Source of the DNA: Bacteroidales bacterium
GTDB lineage: Bacteria; Bacteroidota; Bacteroidia; Bacteroidales; P3
Direction: 5' to 3'
NCBI GenBank assembly: GCA_017480245.1
Contig: JAFVBA010000004.1
Location: forward strand, 11 to 64,010
DNA: 64,000 bases
Part shown: in pieces, positions 1 through 9,325 of the stretch
Numbering within the stretch: the stretch's first letter is position 1
Layout of the letters: each line of letters opens with the position of its first letter
Position numbers and translations under genes: made by a program
Notes under the pieces: generated by a model
Databases searched by the model: none
What the model saw: the letters and a program-made list of their open reading frames with translations, nothing else
What the model was told of the DNA's origin: nothing

Positions 1-10
1 AAAGATATTT

Positions 11-120
11 TTGGCAGTTATAGAGCAGGTGTTCACCTCTTACCATTCCGAACAGAGAAGTTAAGCCCTGTATCGCCGATGATACTGCAACAAGTATGTG
101 GAAAAGTAGGTCGCTGCCAA
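11..120 (+). rRNA. rrf: 5S ribosomal RNA, at the 3' end of an rRNA operon that lies upstream of the window
   Basis: Contains the conserved 5S core CCATTCCGAACAGAGAAGTTAAGCC. The 5' TTGGCAG pairs with the 3' CTGCCAA. Length is about 110 nt. Confidence 0.9.
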
Positions 121-129
121 GTAATGTAA

Positions 130-181
130 AGAGATTACGATAAGAAATTTATATGATACTTATTCGTAATCTCTTTTTTTC
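130..181 (+). terminator. Rho-independent terminator of the rRNA operon
   Basis: 15-bp stem AGAGATTACGATAAG / CTTATTCGTAATCTCT followed by a T7 run. Confidence 0.75.
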
Positions 182-764
182 GTGTTAGCATGTTATCTTA
201 GATTGATAAAGAAAACTCAAGAACTTCTAATACTGACCAAATATTTTCAAAGAAAAATGCAAAAAAATTTTTAATTTATTTTATAATATTTTGAAACTCA
301 AGAAGTTTAAATTCTGTCATATTATTTCTTAAAAACTCTCTTAATTCGTTTTTTATACGGTTTTGTTCATCATATTTCTATATTTGTTCTGTATCATCTT
401 CATATAAGTATATTAAATTCCAGTGCTTAGATTTGTTTATATTAAACAATATCTAAACTCTAGCTGCTTCATTAAACTAATCACTGAAAAGTATTGATAA
501 TATATAGGCAGATAGAGGAGTTTCTTTTATAAGAACTTTAATAGTATTTGTATTTTGTTCGTCCATAGTATTAATAAGGATATGTACTGTCTTCATAAAC
601 AACTCTTTGATTCTTTAACTTGAAAATGATACTTATTTAAATGTTTAGTTAAGTGATTTGTTTTAAGTTATGTTATTTTTATTGTAGTTTGCATATTAGT
701 TTTGGCGGTTTGGATTGTTGTGAGGTGAAAATTGGAACGACTGCCATTCCTTTCTTTATTTCTT

Positions 765-1016
765 TTACCAAATAATGTGAGTGTTCGAAAAAAGAAATAC
801 TATATAATTGCTCCAAATTAACCATAACGCAAAACAAACTAAAGCAAATTTACAAATATATTCAGATATTGCATATATAATATTTAAATATTTTCTTTTA
901 CTCGTAAATTTTAATTTAATTTTAAATGCAAAATATATGATAAATACGCCTATAGCACATAAATATAAATTAGAATAATCAAGTTTGTATATTTCTGGTA
1001 ATACAATTAATGTCAT
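765..1016 (-). CDS. Small hydrophobic protein (83 aa, about 3 predicted TM segments), coupled to the upstream HExxH protein; possible immunity or partner protein
   Basis: ATGA start/stop overlap with 1013..2236. Three hydrophobic stretches. AT-rich, and I recognise no homology. Confidence 0.45.
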   Translation of the reverse strand: MTLIVLPEIYKLDYSNLYLCAIGVFIIYFAFKIKLKFTSKRKYLNIIYAISEYICKFALVCFALWLIWSNYIVFLFSNTHIIW

Positions 1017-2236
1017 ATTAAATCAAGTTCTAAAGAATTATTAATGTCTCGTTTGTATGAATCATTATTAGCAAACGTATTCATTATACCAATAAACGTA
1101 TTTTTATCCGTATTTTCAAAAAGTCTATTCCATTTACCTTTATTTTTGTATATGCTTTTATATTTCTTATAATGTTCGTTTGTAAAAGGTTTTGTATCTC
1201 TAGCATCCCATATTCCTAATTTATAAAGATTATAAATATTACTTATATAATCCGCATATATTTCTTTATAATCTCTATCGTGCCTCTCTGGTCCAGGAAA
1301 TATCAAATCTCCAATTAAAGTCTTAGGACCACTAAAAAATTTTTTATTTTCAATATCTTTTTCAGTAAGTCCTAAACGGTCTCTTGTACTCTCATTATTG
1401 AATTTATAATTCAGCAATAAATTTAACACATCTTTAGATGGTGCATATTTTAATCCAAATATATTATTATTCTTTGCACCATACCCCTTTGTTTTTGGAT
1501 TAGGGTCTAAAGAATGCCCCCTTTCGTGTGCGTAAACCGTACTAAAATCTGTATTTAATGCCTTTTCATCATTAGGGTTGTATTGTATTGCCCCATTTGT
1601 TGGAATAAAACCTGTATTGTAGTCAACATCTGTGTATAAAAATGTTAAATCTGCCTTATTATTAGCATTTGTCCCTTGTTCAAGATATTTTTTTGAAGCT
1701 GTTAAATAAGTAGTAGGGTCGTCAAATTTAGCAACCTTTTCTTTGAATCCCTCACTTTGGTAATAATCTTTAAGAAATGCATCTATGTTTTGTCTTTCGT
1801 TAGCATGATATACATCTGTTGTAAAATTTCCACTAGTTACAGGTGTTATTTGGTTATTCCTCATCAGCTTCTGTGCATTCTGTTTATCAATATTTCGTTG
1901 TATTTGCTTAAATTCTTCATCACGTTTTCTGTCTTCTTCAGTATAAACACTTCTACCAAAAGCATCAAAACCTGTTGCTAAAGGTAATCCTAAATTGTAC
2001 GTTGGTGGATTATCTCCATAAGGTCCTCCATCATAATACAAATTTCCACCTTCTGCATGTTTCCAACCAGCAGCATTCTTTGCAAAGTTAGCCCTCTTTA
2101 TTTGAGTAGAAGAATAGTTCTCTTTATTAGCTAGAACATGATTAGCAAATTCTTGTACTCCCATACCTGCTCTGGCTGCAGATTCGGGGAGTTTAATTTT
2201 ATATGTTGTATAAATATGTCTATTTATGCCATTCAT
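1013..2236 (-). CDS. Hypothetical protein with an HExxH zinc-metallopeptidase-like motif (HERGH) and no signal peptide
   Basis: 407-aa ORF with the motif YAHERGHSLD. There is no N-terminal signal or lipobox. A -7 box lies about 100 nt upstream. Confidence 0.65.
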   Translation of the reverse strand: MNGINRHIYTTYKIKLPESAARAGMGVQEFANHVLANKENYSSTQIKRANFAKNAAGWKHAEGGNLYYDGGPYGDNPPTYNLGLPLATGFDAFGRSVYTEEDRKRDEEFKQIQRNIDKQNAQKLMRNNQITPVTSGNFTTDVYHANERQNIDAFLKDYYQSEGFKEKVAKFDDPTTYLTASKKYLEQGTNANNKADLTFLYTDVDYNTGFIPTNGAIQYNPNDEKALNTDFSTVYAHERGHSLDPNPKTKGYGAKNNNIFGLKYAPSKDVLNLLLNYKFNNESTRDRLGLTEKDIENKKFFSGPKTLIGDLIFPGPERHDRDYKEIYADYISNIYNLYKLGIWDARDTKPFTNEHYKKYKSIYKNKGKWNRLFENTDKNTFIGIMNTFANNDSYKRDINNSLELDLI

Positions 2237-2343
2237 ATACTAATTATACTGCTTTTCATATAAGTAAGAATACATATTTATATCTTTATCAATTAATTAT
2301 CGCTTTTAGGGATAAAATTTGTTTCAAATGATACATTTTTGTG

Positions 2344-2351
2344 CAAAGGTA
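2344..2351 (-). promoter_or_regulatory. Bacteroidota -7 promoter box (TAccTTTG on the minus strand) for 1013..2236
   Basis: The plus strand reads CAAAGGTA, matching the TAnnTTTG consensus. Confidence 0.5.
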
Positions 2352-2534
2352 GGCTAAAATTCTAAGAAATATTGCGTGCTATACTGTATTTTGGGTTGAT
2401 TTTTAGCGTATTTTTTGAAAAATATCTGCTGAAAATTGTAATAAAGTCAGCTAAAATAACATTAAAATTGCAGGAAAATATTTATTTATGTAAGTTTTTT
2501 CACATAAAATTTGGTTGATATTCAATAAATTTTG

Positions 2535-2542
2535 TAATTTTG
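2535..2542 (+). promoter_or_regulatory. -7 promoter box TAATTTTG for lipoprotein gene 2654..3100
   Basis: TAnnTTTG match inside a block (about 2466-2545) that is duplicated at about 4312-4381. Confidence 0.5.
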
Positions 2543-2653
2543 CCTGAGGAAAGACTAAAAGATTGACTAATTTGATTAATCTAACTTCTAAAACATAAAA
2601 ATAAAATAAGCAGAATTAAAAACATTAGTACAAATTATAAAAATACGAAGAAA

Positions 2654-3100
2654 ATGAAAAGAACAATTTATGCAATATTAATTATTGCGGGTTTAAGTTC
2701 CTTTAATTCAGTTTGTATTGGATGTAATGATACAAACAAAAAGGAAGTTGTTACAGTGAATGAGTCAAAGACTATTCCGGACGGTGTTTATACGGGGAAT
2801 TTATCCAAACAAGATGGAACTTCGGCAGAATTAAAGCTTACAATTAAGGACGCTGTCATAGTTTCGGCAACATTGGACGGAGCAAATTACCCGTCTATAA
2901 CAACAAAGAAAAGAGAGTATAAAGACAATCTTAAAGATGCTGTCGATTATTCTCAGTTAAAATCAAAGGATTATACTTGTATAAAACTTATCAAGATTGA
3001 AGGGAAAACAGAATCTACAGATAACGCCTCTAACAGTACATACTACATTATTTTCTACGAGAAAGAATTAGAAAATGGTGATTGTTGGTATGAAATGTAA
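2654..3100 (+). CDS. Lipoprotein, paralogue family P (copy 1)
   Basis: Signal peptide with Cys. About 55% identical to 4653..5117, sharing IPDGVYTG, SAELKLTI, VIVSATLDG, YYIIFY and CWY. Confidence 0.8.
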   Translation: MKRTIYAILIIAGLSSFNSVCIGCNDTNKKEVVTVNESKTIPDGVYTGNLSKQDGTSAELKLTIKDAVIVSATLDGANYPSITTKKREYKDNLKDAVDYSQLKSKDYTCIKLIKIEGKTESTDNASNSTYYIIFYEKELENGDCWYEM

Positions 3101-3118
3101 AAGATTGACAATCAAAAT

Positions 3119-3165
3119 GTGCCGTTTCGTTTAATTAGTTTATGAAAACGGCACTTTCTTTTTAT
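3119..3165. terminator. Hairpin terminator between convergent genes, using the same GTGCCGTTT/AAACGGCAC arms as repeat family A
   Basis: GTGCCGTTT...AAACGGCAC stem followed by CTTTCTTTTT. Confidence 0.7.
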
Positions 3166-3194
3166 ATTTATAGTTATTTTCTTCAAGAATTAAT

Positions 3195-3716
3195 TTATTG
3201 CAAATCCTCTTTGTCAATAGTAAATGTGATAGGGTAGTGGAGTTGTACGTTAAGACTTTCGCCTTCTCCTAATTGACGGCTGCCTTTATTCCAATAATTC
3301 TTATTAAAAAAGGATTTATTTTCATTATCGGATTTATTTTTTATGTAAATAATATTTTCTTTCTTTCCTAATGATTGAAAAACAGCCGAATCCTTAGATT
3401 GATAATTATTGTAATACTCTTCAAGAACACTGTTGTACTTTTTGTCGGTATGAATATCCGAACTAAAGGAAGAATAAATTATAACACTGTCATTAGGTAA
3501 GATAACCTTTTCGTTTGGCTGCTCAGTTGTGGAATGAAACAGTAATGTATTGTCTGTATTGTTCTTAACATATAAATCATAATAGCAAGTAACGTAATAA
3601 TCGTCATCTGCATAATCATCGTCAAAGTATTCAACCAAACCTATTGCCGCAAAAATACAAGAATTAAACAAAACACTGCTCACTGTAGCCAATAATATCA
3701 AATAAATTCGTTTCAT
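3195..3716 (-). CDS. Lipoprotein or secreted protein, paralogue family M (copy 2)
   Basis: Signal peptide. Shares LYVKNNTD...PNDS...KEDL with 3718..4191. Confidence 0.75.
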   Translation of the reverse strand: MKRIYLILLATVSSVLFNSCIFAAIGLVEYFDDDYADDDYYVTCYYDLYVKNNTDNTLLFHSTTEQPNEKVILPNDSVIIYSSFSSDIHTDKKYNSVLEEYYNNYQSKDSAVFQSLGKKENIIYIKNKSDNENKSFFNKNYWNKGSRQLGEGESLNVQLHYPITFTIDKEDLQ

Positions 3717-3717
3717 A

Positions 3718-4191
3718 TTATTTCAAATTCAGTAAATCTTCTTTATTTATCTCAAAAACAAATGTATAAGCAGTATCTTTATCCATGAAAAATATCTTTC
3801 CCTCTTTCCAACAAGAGAAACGAAAGAAATTATTAGAGTATTGATTGGAATCGCTGCTTATATAAGTGATTGCGGTCTGCTCTCCGATAGGTTGAATTTG
3901 TATGGTGTCAAAATTCCGTCGGTCGTTGTGAATAATATTCTCCAACGCTTGATATGGATTAGTTATTCTATAGTATTGACCGAACAGTTCGTCTGCAATT
4001 TTTGCGCTGTCATTGGGATAAATTACCTTTACTTTAGTATATTTTTCGCTGTCGGAATAGAAAAACAAGATTTTGTCAGTATTGTTTTTGACATATAACT
4101 GAGCGAATGCTTCCGGCTCATATCCTTCACCGCAAGTCGATGCCATAAAAACAAGACTTAATATACATATACCGAGAATAGTTTTTTTCAT
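3718..4191 (-). CDS. Lipoprotein, paralogue family M (copy 1)
   Basis: Signal peptide with Cys (ASTCG). In tandem with 3195..3716, with a 1-nt gap. Confidence 0.75.
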   Translation of the reverse strand: MKKTILGICILSLVFMASTCGEGYEPEAFAQLYVKNNTDKILFFYSDSEKYTKVKVIYPNDSAKIADELFGQYYRITNPYQALENIIHNDRRNFDTIQIQPIGEQTAITYISSDSNQYSNNFFRFSCWKEGKIFFMDKDTAYTFVFEINKEDLLNLK

Positions 4192-4271
4192 CTGTCTTTA
4201 GTGTTTATTATTCTATTTATTCCAAAACGTAAATAAAGATTATTTATTGCTTTTATAGTCATTTAATAAAT

Positions 4272-4320
4272 AAAAGTGCCGTTTGGGTGAATTGTTTTTT
4301 GAAAAGAGAATAAAATATTT
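4272..4320. repeat. Repeat family A, left arm only (truncated copy)
   Basis: AAAGTGCCGTTTGGGTGAATTGTTTTTTGAAAAGAGAATAAAATATTT matches the left half of 5620-5695. The right arm is replaced by the duplicated promoter block. Confidence 0.6.
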
Positions 4321-4371
4321 ATTTATGTAAGTCTTTTCGCATGAAATTGGGTTGGTATTCAAAAAATTTTA

Positions 4372-4379
4372 TAACTTTG
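4372..4379 (+). promoter_or_regulatory. -7 promoter box TAACTTTG for 4653..5571
   Basis: TAnnTTTG match in the duplicated promoter block. It implies a leader of about 267 nt. Confidence 0.5.
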
Positions 4380-4652
4380 CAGCTGAAAAAAAAACAATAA
4401 AAATGAAAAATTATAATCAAATATCTAATGATAGGAACATTTATGTATATATTTCTATATATATACATATAATTGGTAAAAATAACTTACTGAACTTTGC
4501 CTGTTAAATAGATTCAGCTGTAAATCGGTCGATAACATAATGTTTTTACAAGTTTATTTCTCTATTTAACAGGTTAATCTAATTAATTTTAGATGTAAAG
4601 AAATAAATTAAAAGCGACTAAGTTAAAAATAAAAATTTAAAAAGCAAATAAA

Positions 4653-5117
4653 ATGAAAAAGATTATTAAAGCAATATTAATTATTGCAATGTCAAGTTCC
4701 TTTATTGCCTTTGTTGGTTGCAAAGATGCAAATGAAAAGGAAGCAGTTTCTAAAAGTAGTATATCTGTAACTATTCCGGACGGAGTTTATACGGGATCTT
4801 TATCAAAACAAGACGGTTCTTCAGCCGAATTAAAACTTACGATAGTAAGAAATGTTATAGTGTCGGCGACATTAGATGGTAATGATTATCCGTATATCAC
4901 AAGAGTAAGAGATGAGTATAGAGGTAATCTTAGAGATGCTGTTGATTGCGCTCAATCAAAATCATTAGAATACCCTTGTGTAACAATTCTAAAGGTAGAG
5001 GGAGATGCTGGAACTAATGAAGGAGAGTTAGGTGGTGCATACTATATTATCTTCTATGATAATGAATTAGAGGATGGTGGTTGTTGGTATGACGATATTG
5101 AAAATAGAGGGGAATAA
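4653..5117 (+). CDS. Lipoprotein, paralogue family P (copy 2)
   Basis: Lipobox FVGC. Paralogue of 2654..3100. Confidence 0.8.
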   Translation: MKKIIKAILIIAMSSSFIAFVGCKDANEKEAVSKSSISVTIPDGVYTGSLSKQDGSSAELKLTIVRNVIVSATLDGNDYPYITRVRDEYRGNLRDAVDCAQSKSLEYPCVTILKVEGDAGTNEGELGGAYYIIFYDNELEDGGCWYDDIENRGE

Positions 5118-5121
5118 AGCC

Positions 5122-5571
5122 ATGAAGAAGATTGTTTCAGCATTGTTACTTATATTTGCTTTTACATTTGCAGTACCAAATGTATTTTGCAAAGAAGCAT
5201 CAAATGTAGTAACGACAAAATCTACTGATGTCAGATATACAACAGAGCATGTTATTGTAACTCCCGATAAGATGTACGATACCATACGTAGTTTGGAAAG
5301 ACAAGGATGGATTTTTAGGGAAGGTAGGTATAACAGAGAAACCGGACTTTGGGATTTAACATTTGATAAACCAGTAACTTCTCAGAAATCTGCTGTTGCT
5401 TACAAAAGCAATGAAGATTTTAAACTTCCAGACGGTATATATCATTGGTACGAATCCAGAGGAAAAAATAAGGAATATAGGATACGTGTTGATGCAGTGT
5501 ATAAAGACGGTAAATGTATCAGTAAAAAATCAAAAATCCTGCAAAGTAAAAACGGCGTTTATGAAGAATAA
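5122..5571 (+). CDS. Secreted hypothetical protein
   Basis: I chose the internal ATG at 5122, which gives the signal peptide MKKIVSALLLIFAFTFAVPNVFC. It lies 4 nt after the preceding stop. Confidence 0.7.
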   Translation: MKKIVSALLLIFAFTFAVPNVFCKEASNVVTTKSTDVRYTTEHVIVTPDKMYDTIRSLERQGWIFREGRYNRETGLWDLTFDKPVTSQKSAVAYKSNEDFKLPDGIYHWYESRGKNKEYRIRVDAVYKDGKCISKKSKILQSKNGVYEE

Positions 5572-5619
5572 TTTTTCGCTATCGCAAGATAAAGAAAATA
5601 TTTAAGTAAATAGCCAAAC

Positions 5620-5695
5620 AAAGTGCCGTTTGGGAGATTTGTTTTTTGAAAAGAATAAAATATTTTCAGAAAATAATTTGCTCAAACGGCACTTT
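5620..5695. repeat. Repeat family A, full palindromic copy between convergent genes
   Basis: AAAGTGCCGTTTGGG...CTCAAACGGCACTTT with the internal TTTTGAAAAGAATAAAATATTTTCAGAAAA core. Confidence 0.75.
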
Positions 5696-5721
5696 AGTTA
5701 TATAAGACAAGAATAAAAATC

Positions 5722-6525
5722 TTATTCTTTTGCAGGGGCGGTACCCATACGTTTAGCCATCTCCTCAACAATAAAAGAGGCTACATCGTCTGCGTAGGTA
5801 TTCATTCCGAATCCTGCATCGTAACCAAGTTCTTTTGCCAACTCGTGAGTGATTCTCGCTCCGCCGCAACAAAGAATTACTTTGTCTCGCAAACCTTCGG
5901 CTTCCAACATCTCAACAAGTTCAGTCATATTTTTGATATGCACGTCCTTTTGGGTAACAGTCTGTGATACCAACAAAGCATCGGCATTCAGCTCAATGGC
6001 TTTTGCAATAAACTCCTCGTTAGGCACTTGCGAACCCATATTAAGTGCTTCTATCATTTCGTAACGTTCCAAACCGTAATGCCCTGCGTAACCTTTCATA
6101 TTCATTATTGCATCGATTCCTACCGTATGGGCATCCGTTCCAGTGGAAGCACCGACTATCACGATTTTTCTGCCGATATAGTCCTTGATATATTGGTCTG
6201 TTGTCGGCATATCCATAGTGTGCGACTCAACTTTCGGAACGTAGATAGAGGTATAATCAACCGTATGGATAGTTGAGCCATAGCAATTGAAGAATGTAAA
6301 TCCCTCAGTAAGTTCTTTGTAATACACAACCAAAGGATTCTCAAATCCCATCTTCTTTAGCAATTGCTTTGCAGCCTCTATGCCTTCGTCATTGCAAGGA
6401 ACGGGAAGTGTGAAACTCAATTGCGTTTTCCCGTCATTCATTGTATCACCGTAGGGTTTAACTTTCGTTAAATCCAGATTGGTATCAAAATCTCTTTTCT
6501 CTGTTGAATATAATCCTGCACTCAT
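5722..6525 (-). CDS. kamE: D-lysine 5,6-aminomutase beta subunit (B12-binding)
   Basis: DAHTVG cobalamin-binding motif. Typical length (267 aa). Start/stop overlap with kamD. Confidence 0.85.
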   Translation of the reverse strand: MSAGLYSTEKRDFDTNLDLTKVKPYGDTMNDGKTQLSFTLPVPCNDEGIEAAKQLLKKMGFENPLVVYYKELTEGFTFFNCYGSTIHTVDYTSIYVPKVESHTMDMPTTDQYIKDYIGRKIVIVGASTGTDAHTVGIDAIMNMKGYAGHYGLERYEMIEALNMGSQVPNEEFIAKAIELNADALLVSQTVTQKDVHIKNMTELVEMLEAEGLRDKVILCCGGARITHELAKELGYDAGFGMNTYADDVASFIVEEMAKRMGTAPAKE

Positions 6526-8087
6526 TAGTCTCTTCCTCCTTTTCCTTTCATTAATTCAATAAACGGATTGTAGTAATTGTCCGATTTTTCGAACACACCG
6601 TCCAAACCTTTACCACCATCTCGCGGACGTTTTACGTCTCCGAAAATACCTTTCTCCAACGCAGTGAAAAGACCTTCGGATTGCATCTTCTCCAACAACT
6701 CAACGGCATCGTCCAATACTTTTTTAGCACGTGTTTGCATGATTCCGTCTTTCTTATATTCAATATCATCGCCCAAATGTCTCATATTATTGAATATATA
6801 ACGGGCATTCTCTATGCTGACATAACGGTCGGACATAAAAGGAGTGTGAATTGCTTCGGTCATCATACCTAACAATTGCAAACCTTGATGAGTCATTATA
6901 CCGATTTGGTTAAACAATGCATCCTGTATTTGTCCGCGGAAAATGTTTCCCGTCATAAACTTGGTAGGAGGCATATATTTTATAGGAGCTTTAGGAAATA
7001 TCTCACGGATTAGTTGAGCCTGTGCAAGTTCATACAGAAATCCGTCTTCCAATTGAGGATCCATTTCAAAGGCATGACCCAATCCCATTTGTTCTTCAGG
7101 CATACCTGCAGCAAATGCCAACTGTTCGTTAATGAAATCAGATGCCAATACGGTATGTGCTTGTTCGAATGCATCGGCAGTGGTTAAGTAGTTATCCTCT
7201 CCTGTGTTGATGATAACGCCAGCGAAACCGTTGATAACGCGTGAGAAAAACTGGTCAATCAATGTACGTTTCATATTGATATCACGGAACAAAATTCCGT
7301 ACAATGCGTCATTTAGCATAACGTCCAGTCCTTCCAAAGCACCCATTACGGCAATCTCCGGCATACAAAGCCCTGAGCAATAATTACATAGACGAATGTA
7401 TCTGCCCGCTTCTTCTCCTACTTCATCCAATGCTTTCCTCATTATCCTGAAGTTCTCTTGGGTGGCGAAAGTTCCGCCGAAACCCTCCGTAGTTGCGCCG
7501 TAAGGAACGTAATCCAACAAACTCTGTCCCGTAGTTCTGATAACGGCGATAATATCCGCACCCTGACGGGCTCCTGCTTGCGCTTGGATAACGTCTTCGT
7601 AGATATTACCCGTTGCAACGATGATATAAAGATAAGGTTTAGGCCCTTCACCGATAGTATCTATGTAATGCTCGCGCTTTCTTCTGCGGTCAATGATACG
7701 TTTGATAGAGGCGTCAATGTAAGGTTGCAAACTCTCTCTTGCTTTTTGCTTATCGCCTTGAGGAAGTTTGGTAATATCCAATTTACCCTCGGCAATACTT
7801 TGTGCAATCTCGTTAGGGGATTTGCCTGTCTGCAAAACGGCATTACCCATTATGAACATAATACCGTCATTTATTAATCCCTTTTCCTTAACGTAATCAA
7901 CGACAACGTTAGGCAACGGAACTTCATCTTGATTTACCCCGTCAATACCCAAAAGTCTGCAAATAGTTCTTTCGCATGTAACGGTAGAGTAGGAGGAGGC
8001 GAATTGTTCAACTTCATCTGAGATTTTCTTTGCAAGTTGCTTGCCTTTAAGAACTTTATTGAAGTCTATACCTAATTTACTTTCCAT
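6525..8087 (-). CDS. kamD: D-lysine 5,6-aminomutase alpha subunit
   Basis: Long stretches match the remembered Clostridium KamD sequence (MESKL..DFN, IVATGNIYED, RTTGQSLLDYVPYGATTEGFGGT, CNYCSGLCMPEIA). Confidence 0.9.
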   Translation of the reverse strand: MESKLGIDFNKVLKGKQLAKKISDEVEQFASSYSTVTCERTICRLLGIDGVNQDEVPLPNVVVDYVKEKGLINDGIMFIMGNAVLQTGKSPNEIAQSIAEGKLDITKLPQGDKQKARESLQPYIDASIKRIIDRRRKREHYIDTIGEGPKPYLYIIVATGNIYEDVIQAQAGARQGADIIAVIRTTGQSLLDYVPYGATTEGFGGTFATQENFRIMRKALDEVGEEAGRYIRLCNYCSGLCMPEIAVMGALEGLDVMLNDALYGILFRDINMKRTLIDQFFSRVINGFAGVIINTGEDNYLTTADAFEQAHTVLASDFINEQLAFAAGMPEEQMGLGHAFEMDPQLEDGFLYELAQAQLIREIFPKAPIKYMPPTKFMTGNIFRGQIQDALFNQIGIMTHQGLQLLGMMTEAIHTPFMSDRYVSIENARYIFNNMRHLGDDIEYKKDGIMQTRAKKVLDDAVELLEKMQSEGLFTALEKGIFGDVKRPRDGGKGLDGVFEKSDNYYNPFIELMKGKGGRD

Positions 8088-8139
8088 TTAATTATATGTG
8101 TTTTTTATTTCTGTTATCTGACTTTTTGAAAATAATTTG

Positions 8140-8147
8140 CAAATTTA
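8140..8147 (-). promoter_or_regulatory. -7 box (TAAATTTG on the minus strand) for kamDE
   Basis: The plus strand reads CAAATTTA, about 50 nt upstream of the kamD start. Confidence 0.5.
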
Positions 8148-8626
8148 CGAAAAAAAACGGGATTTGCAAAATTTATATTTTTGAATTAAGAAAAATTAGT
8201 TTAGAATTGTAAATTTAGAATTGTAAATTTATTTAACATTGCAGCGTTTTTTGAGTTGATTTTTGTAAATTGACTAAAAAATTATGCAACCTTATTAAAA
8301 AAGTTACATAATCAAAGTTTCAGTTTTTATATTCTTTAATTTTTTGATATTAATAAATAATAAAACAAATTATTATATAGATTAATTAAAGTAATAGATT
8401 GTTAAAAATTACTGTTTTTTGATTTTAGAAATTTTTAATCAAAAATTATTATTTTAAATTATTAATTAATAAAATTTTAAAAAACTTTATATAAAATGTA
8501 ACTTTAATATTAATTTTGCGTATTTAATATTCGGTGATGTAACCTTGTATTAAGAAAAATATTTTTTTAATTTATTTTAAAAAGTTTAAGAAAAGGTATC
8601 ATTTTTTTTTACAATTGTGAATTTTT

Positions 8627-9250
8627 ATGCAGGACAGAATTATTCAAATAATGAGAAATTACGGTTTAAATGCCGCTCAATTTGCCGAAAAAGTCGGAGT
8701 ACAACCCTCAAGTGTCTCCCATATATTAGCAGGTAGAAATAAACCGTCGTTAGATTTCGTAACAAAGGTATTAACTGCCTTTCCGTCATTGGATTTTCAA
8801 TGGTTGGTTTTGGGAAAAGGCGCAATGTTGAAAGCAAATACAGAATATGTTAATACAATCTTGGGACCTATAGCGAAGACTATGCAAACTGATGAAGAAG
8901 AAATCCGCAAAGAAAAGGAAAACAACCGTTATCCTCATGCAGATGAGATATATAACGGCAAAATTGTAACGGATTTCATCGGTATCTCCGATAGATTTAT
9001 TTACAGAGGGGACGTTATAAAAATGGAAAAAGAAAAAGAACGTCAGGCTGCTATAAAAGAATTTGAACAAGCTCAGAATCGACTTATAGAAGACGCACAA
9101 GAGGTTGATGTTGAGGATAATTCCACTGAGGAAAAGGACAATCCATCACAGGAAACAATAAACACAATTCCTAAACCAACGACTGTGAAAAATAAAAAGA
9201 TAAAACAAATCATTGTGTTGTTTGATGACGGTACATTTGAGATAAGATAA
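8627..9250 (+). CDS. XRE-type helix-turn-helix transcriptional regulator
   Basis: N-terminal HTH (LNAAQFAEKVGVQPSSVSHILAGRNKPS) followed by an acidic, low-complexity C-terminus. Confidence 0.75.
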   Translation: MQDRIIQIMRNYGLNAAQFAEKVGVQPSSVSHILAGRNKPSLDFVTKVLTAFPSLDFQWLVLGKGAMLKANTEYVNTILGPIAKTMQTDEEEIRKEKENNRYPHADEIYNGKIVTDFIGISDRFIYRGDVIKMEKEKERQAAIKEFEQAQNRLIEDAQEVDVEDNSTEEKDNPSQETINTIPKPTTVKNKKIKQIIVLFDDGTFEIR

Positions 9251-9325
9251 TATCTTGTATTTCTGAAAGATATAAATATTACTTAAATTTATTGATAAGC
9301 GATATATCCTTATCAAAATAAATTA

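Noticed and set aside
181-764. Short minus-strand ORF fragments, e.g. MKTVHILINTMDEQNTNTIKVLIKETPLSAYILSILFSD and ..NELREFLRNNMTEFKLLEFQNIIK
   Set aside because: They are interrupted by several stops and frame changes and I recognise no homology. This may be a decayed gene, but the evidence is too weak to call a pseudogene. A 12-bp direct repeat AAACTCAAGAA (about 222 and 294) was noted but is probably chance in AT-rich DNA.
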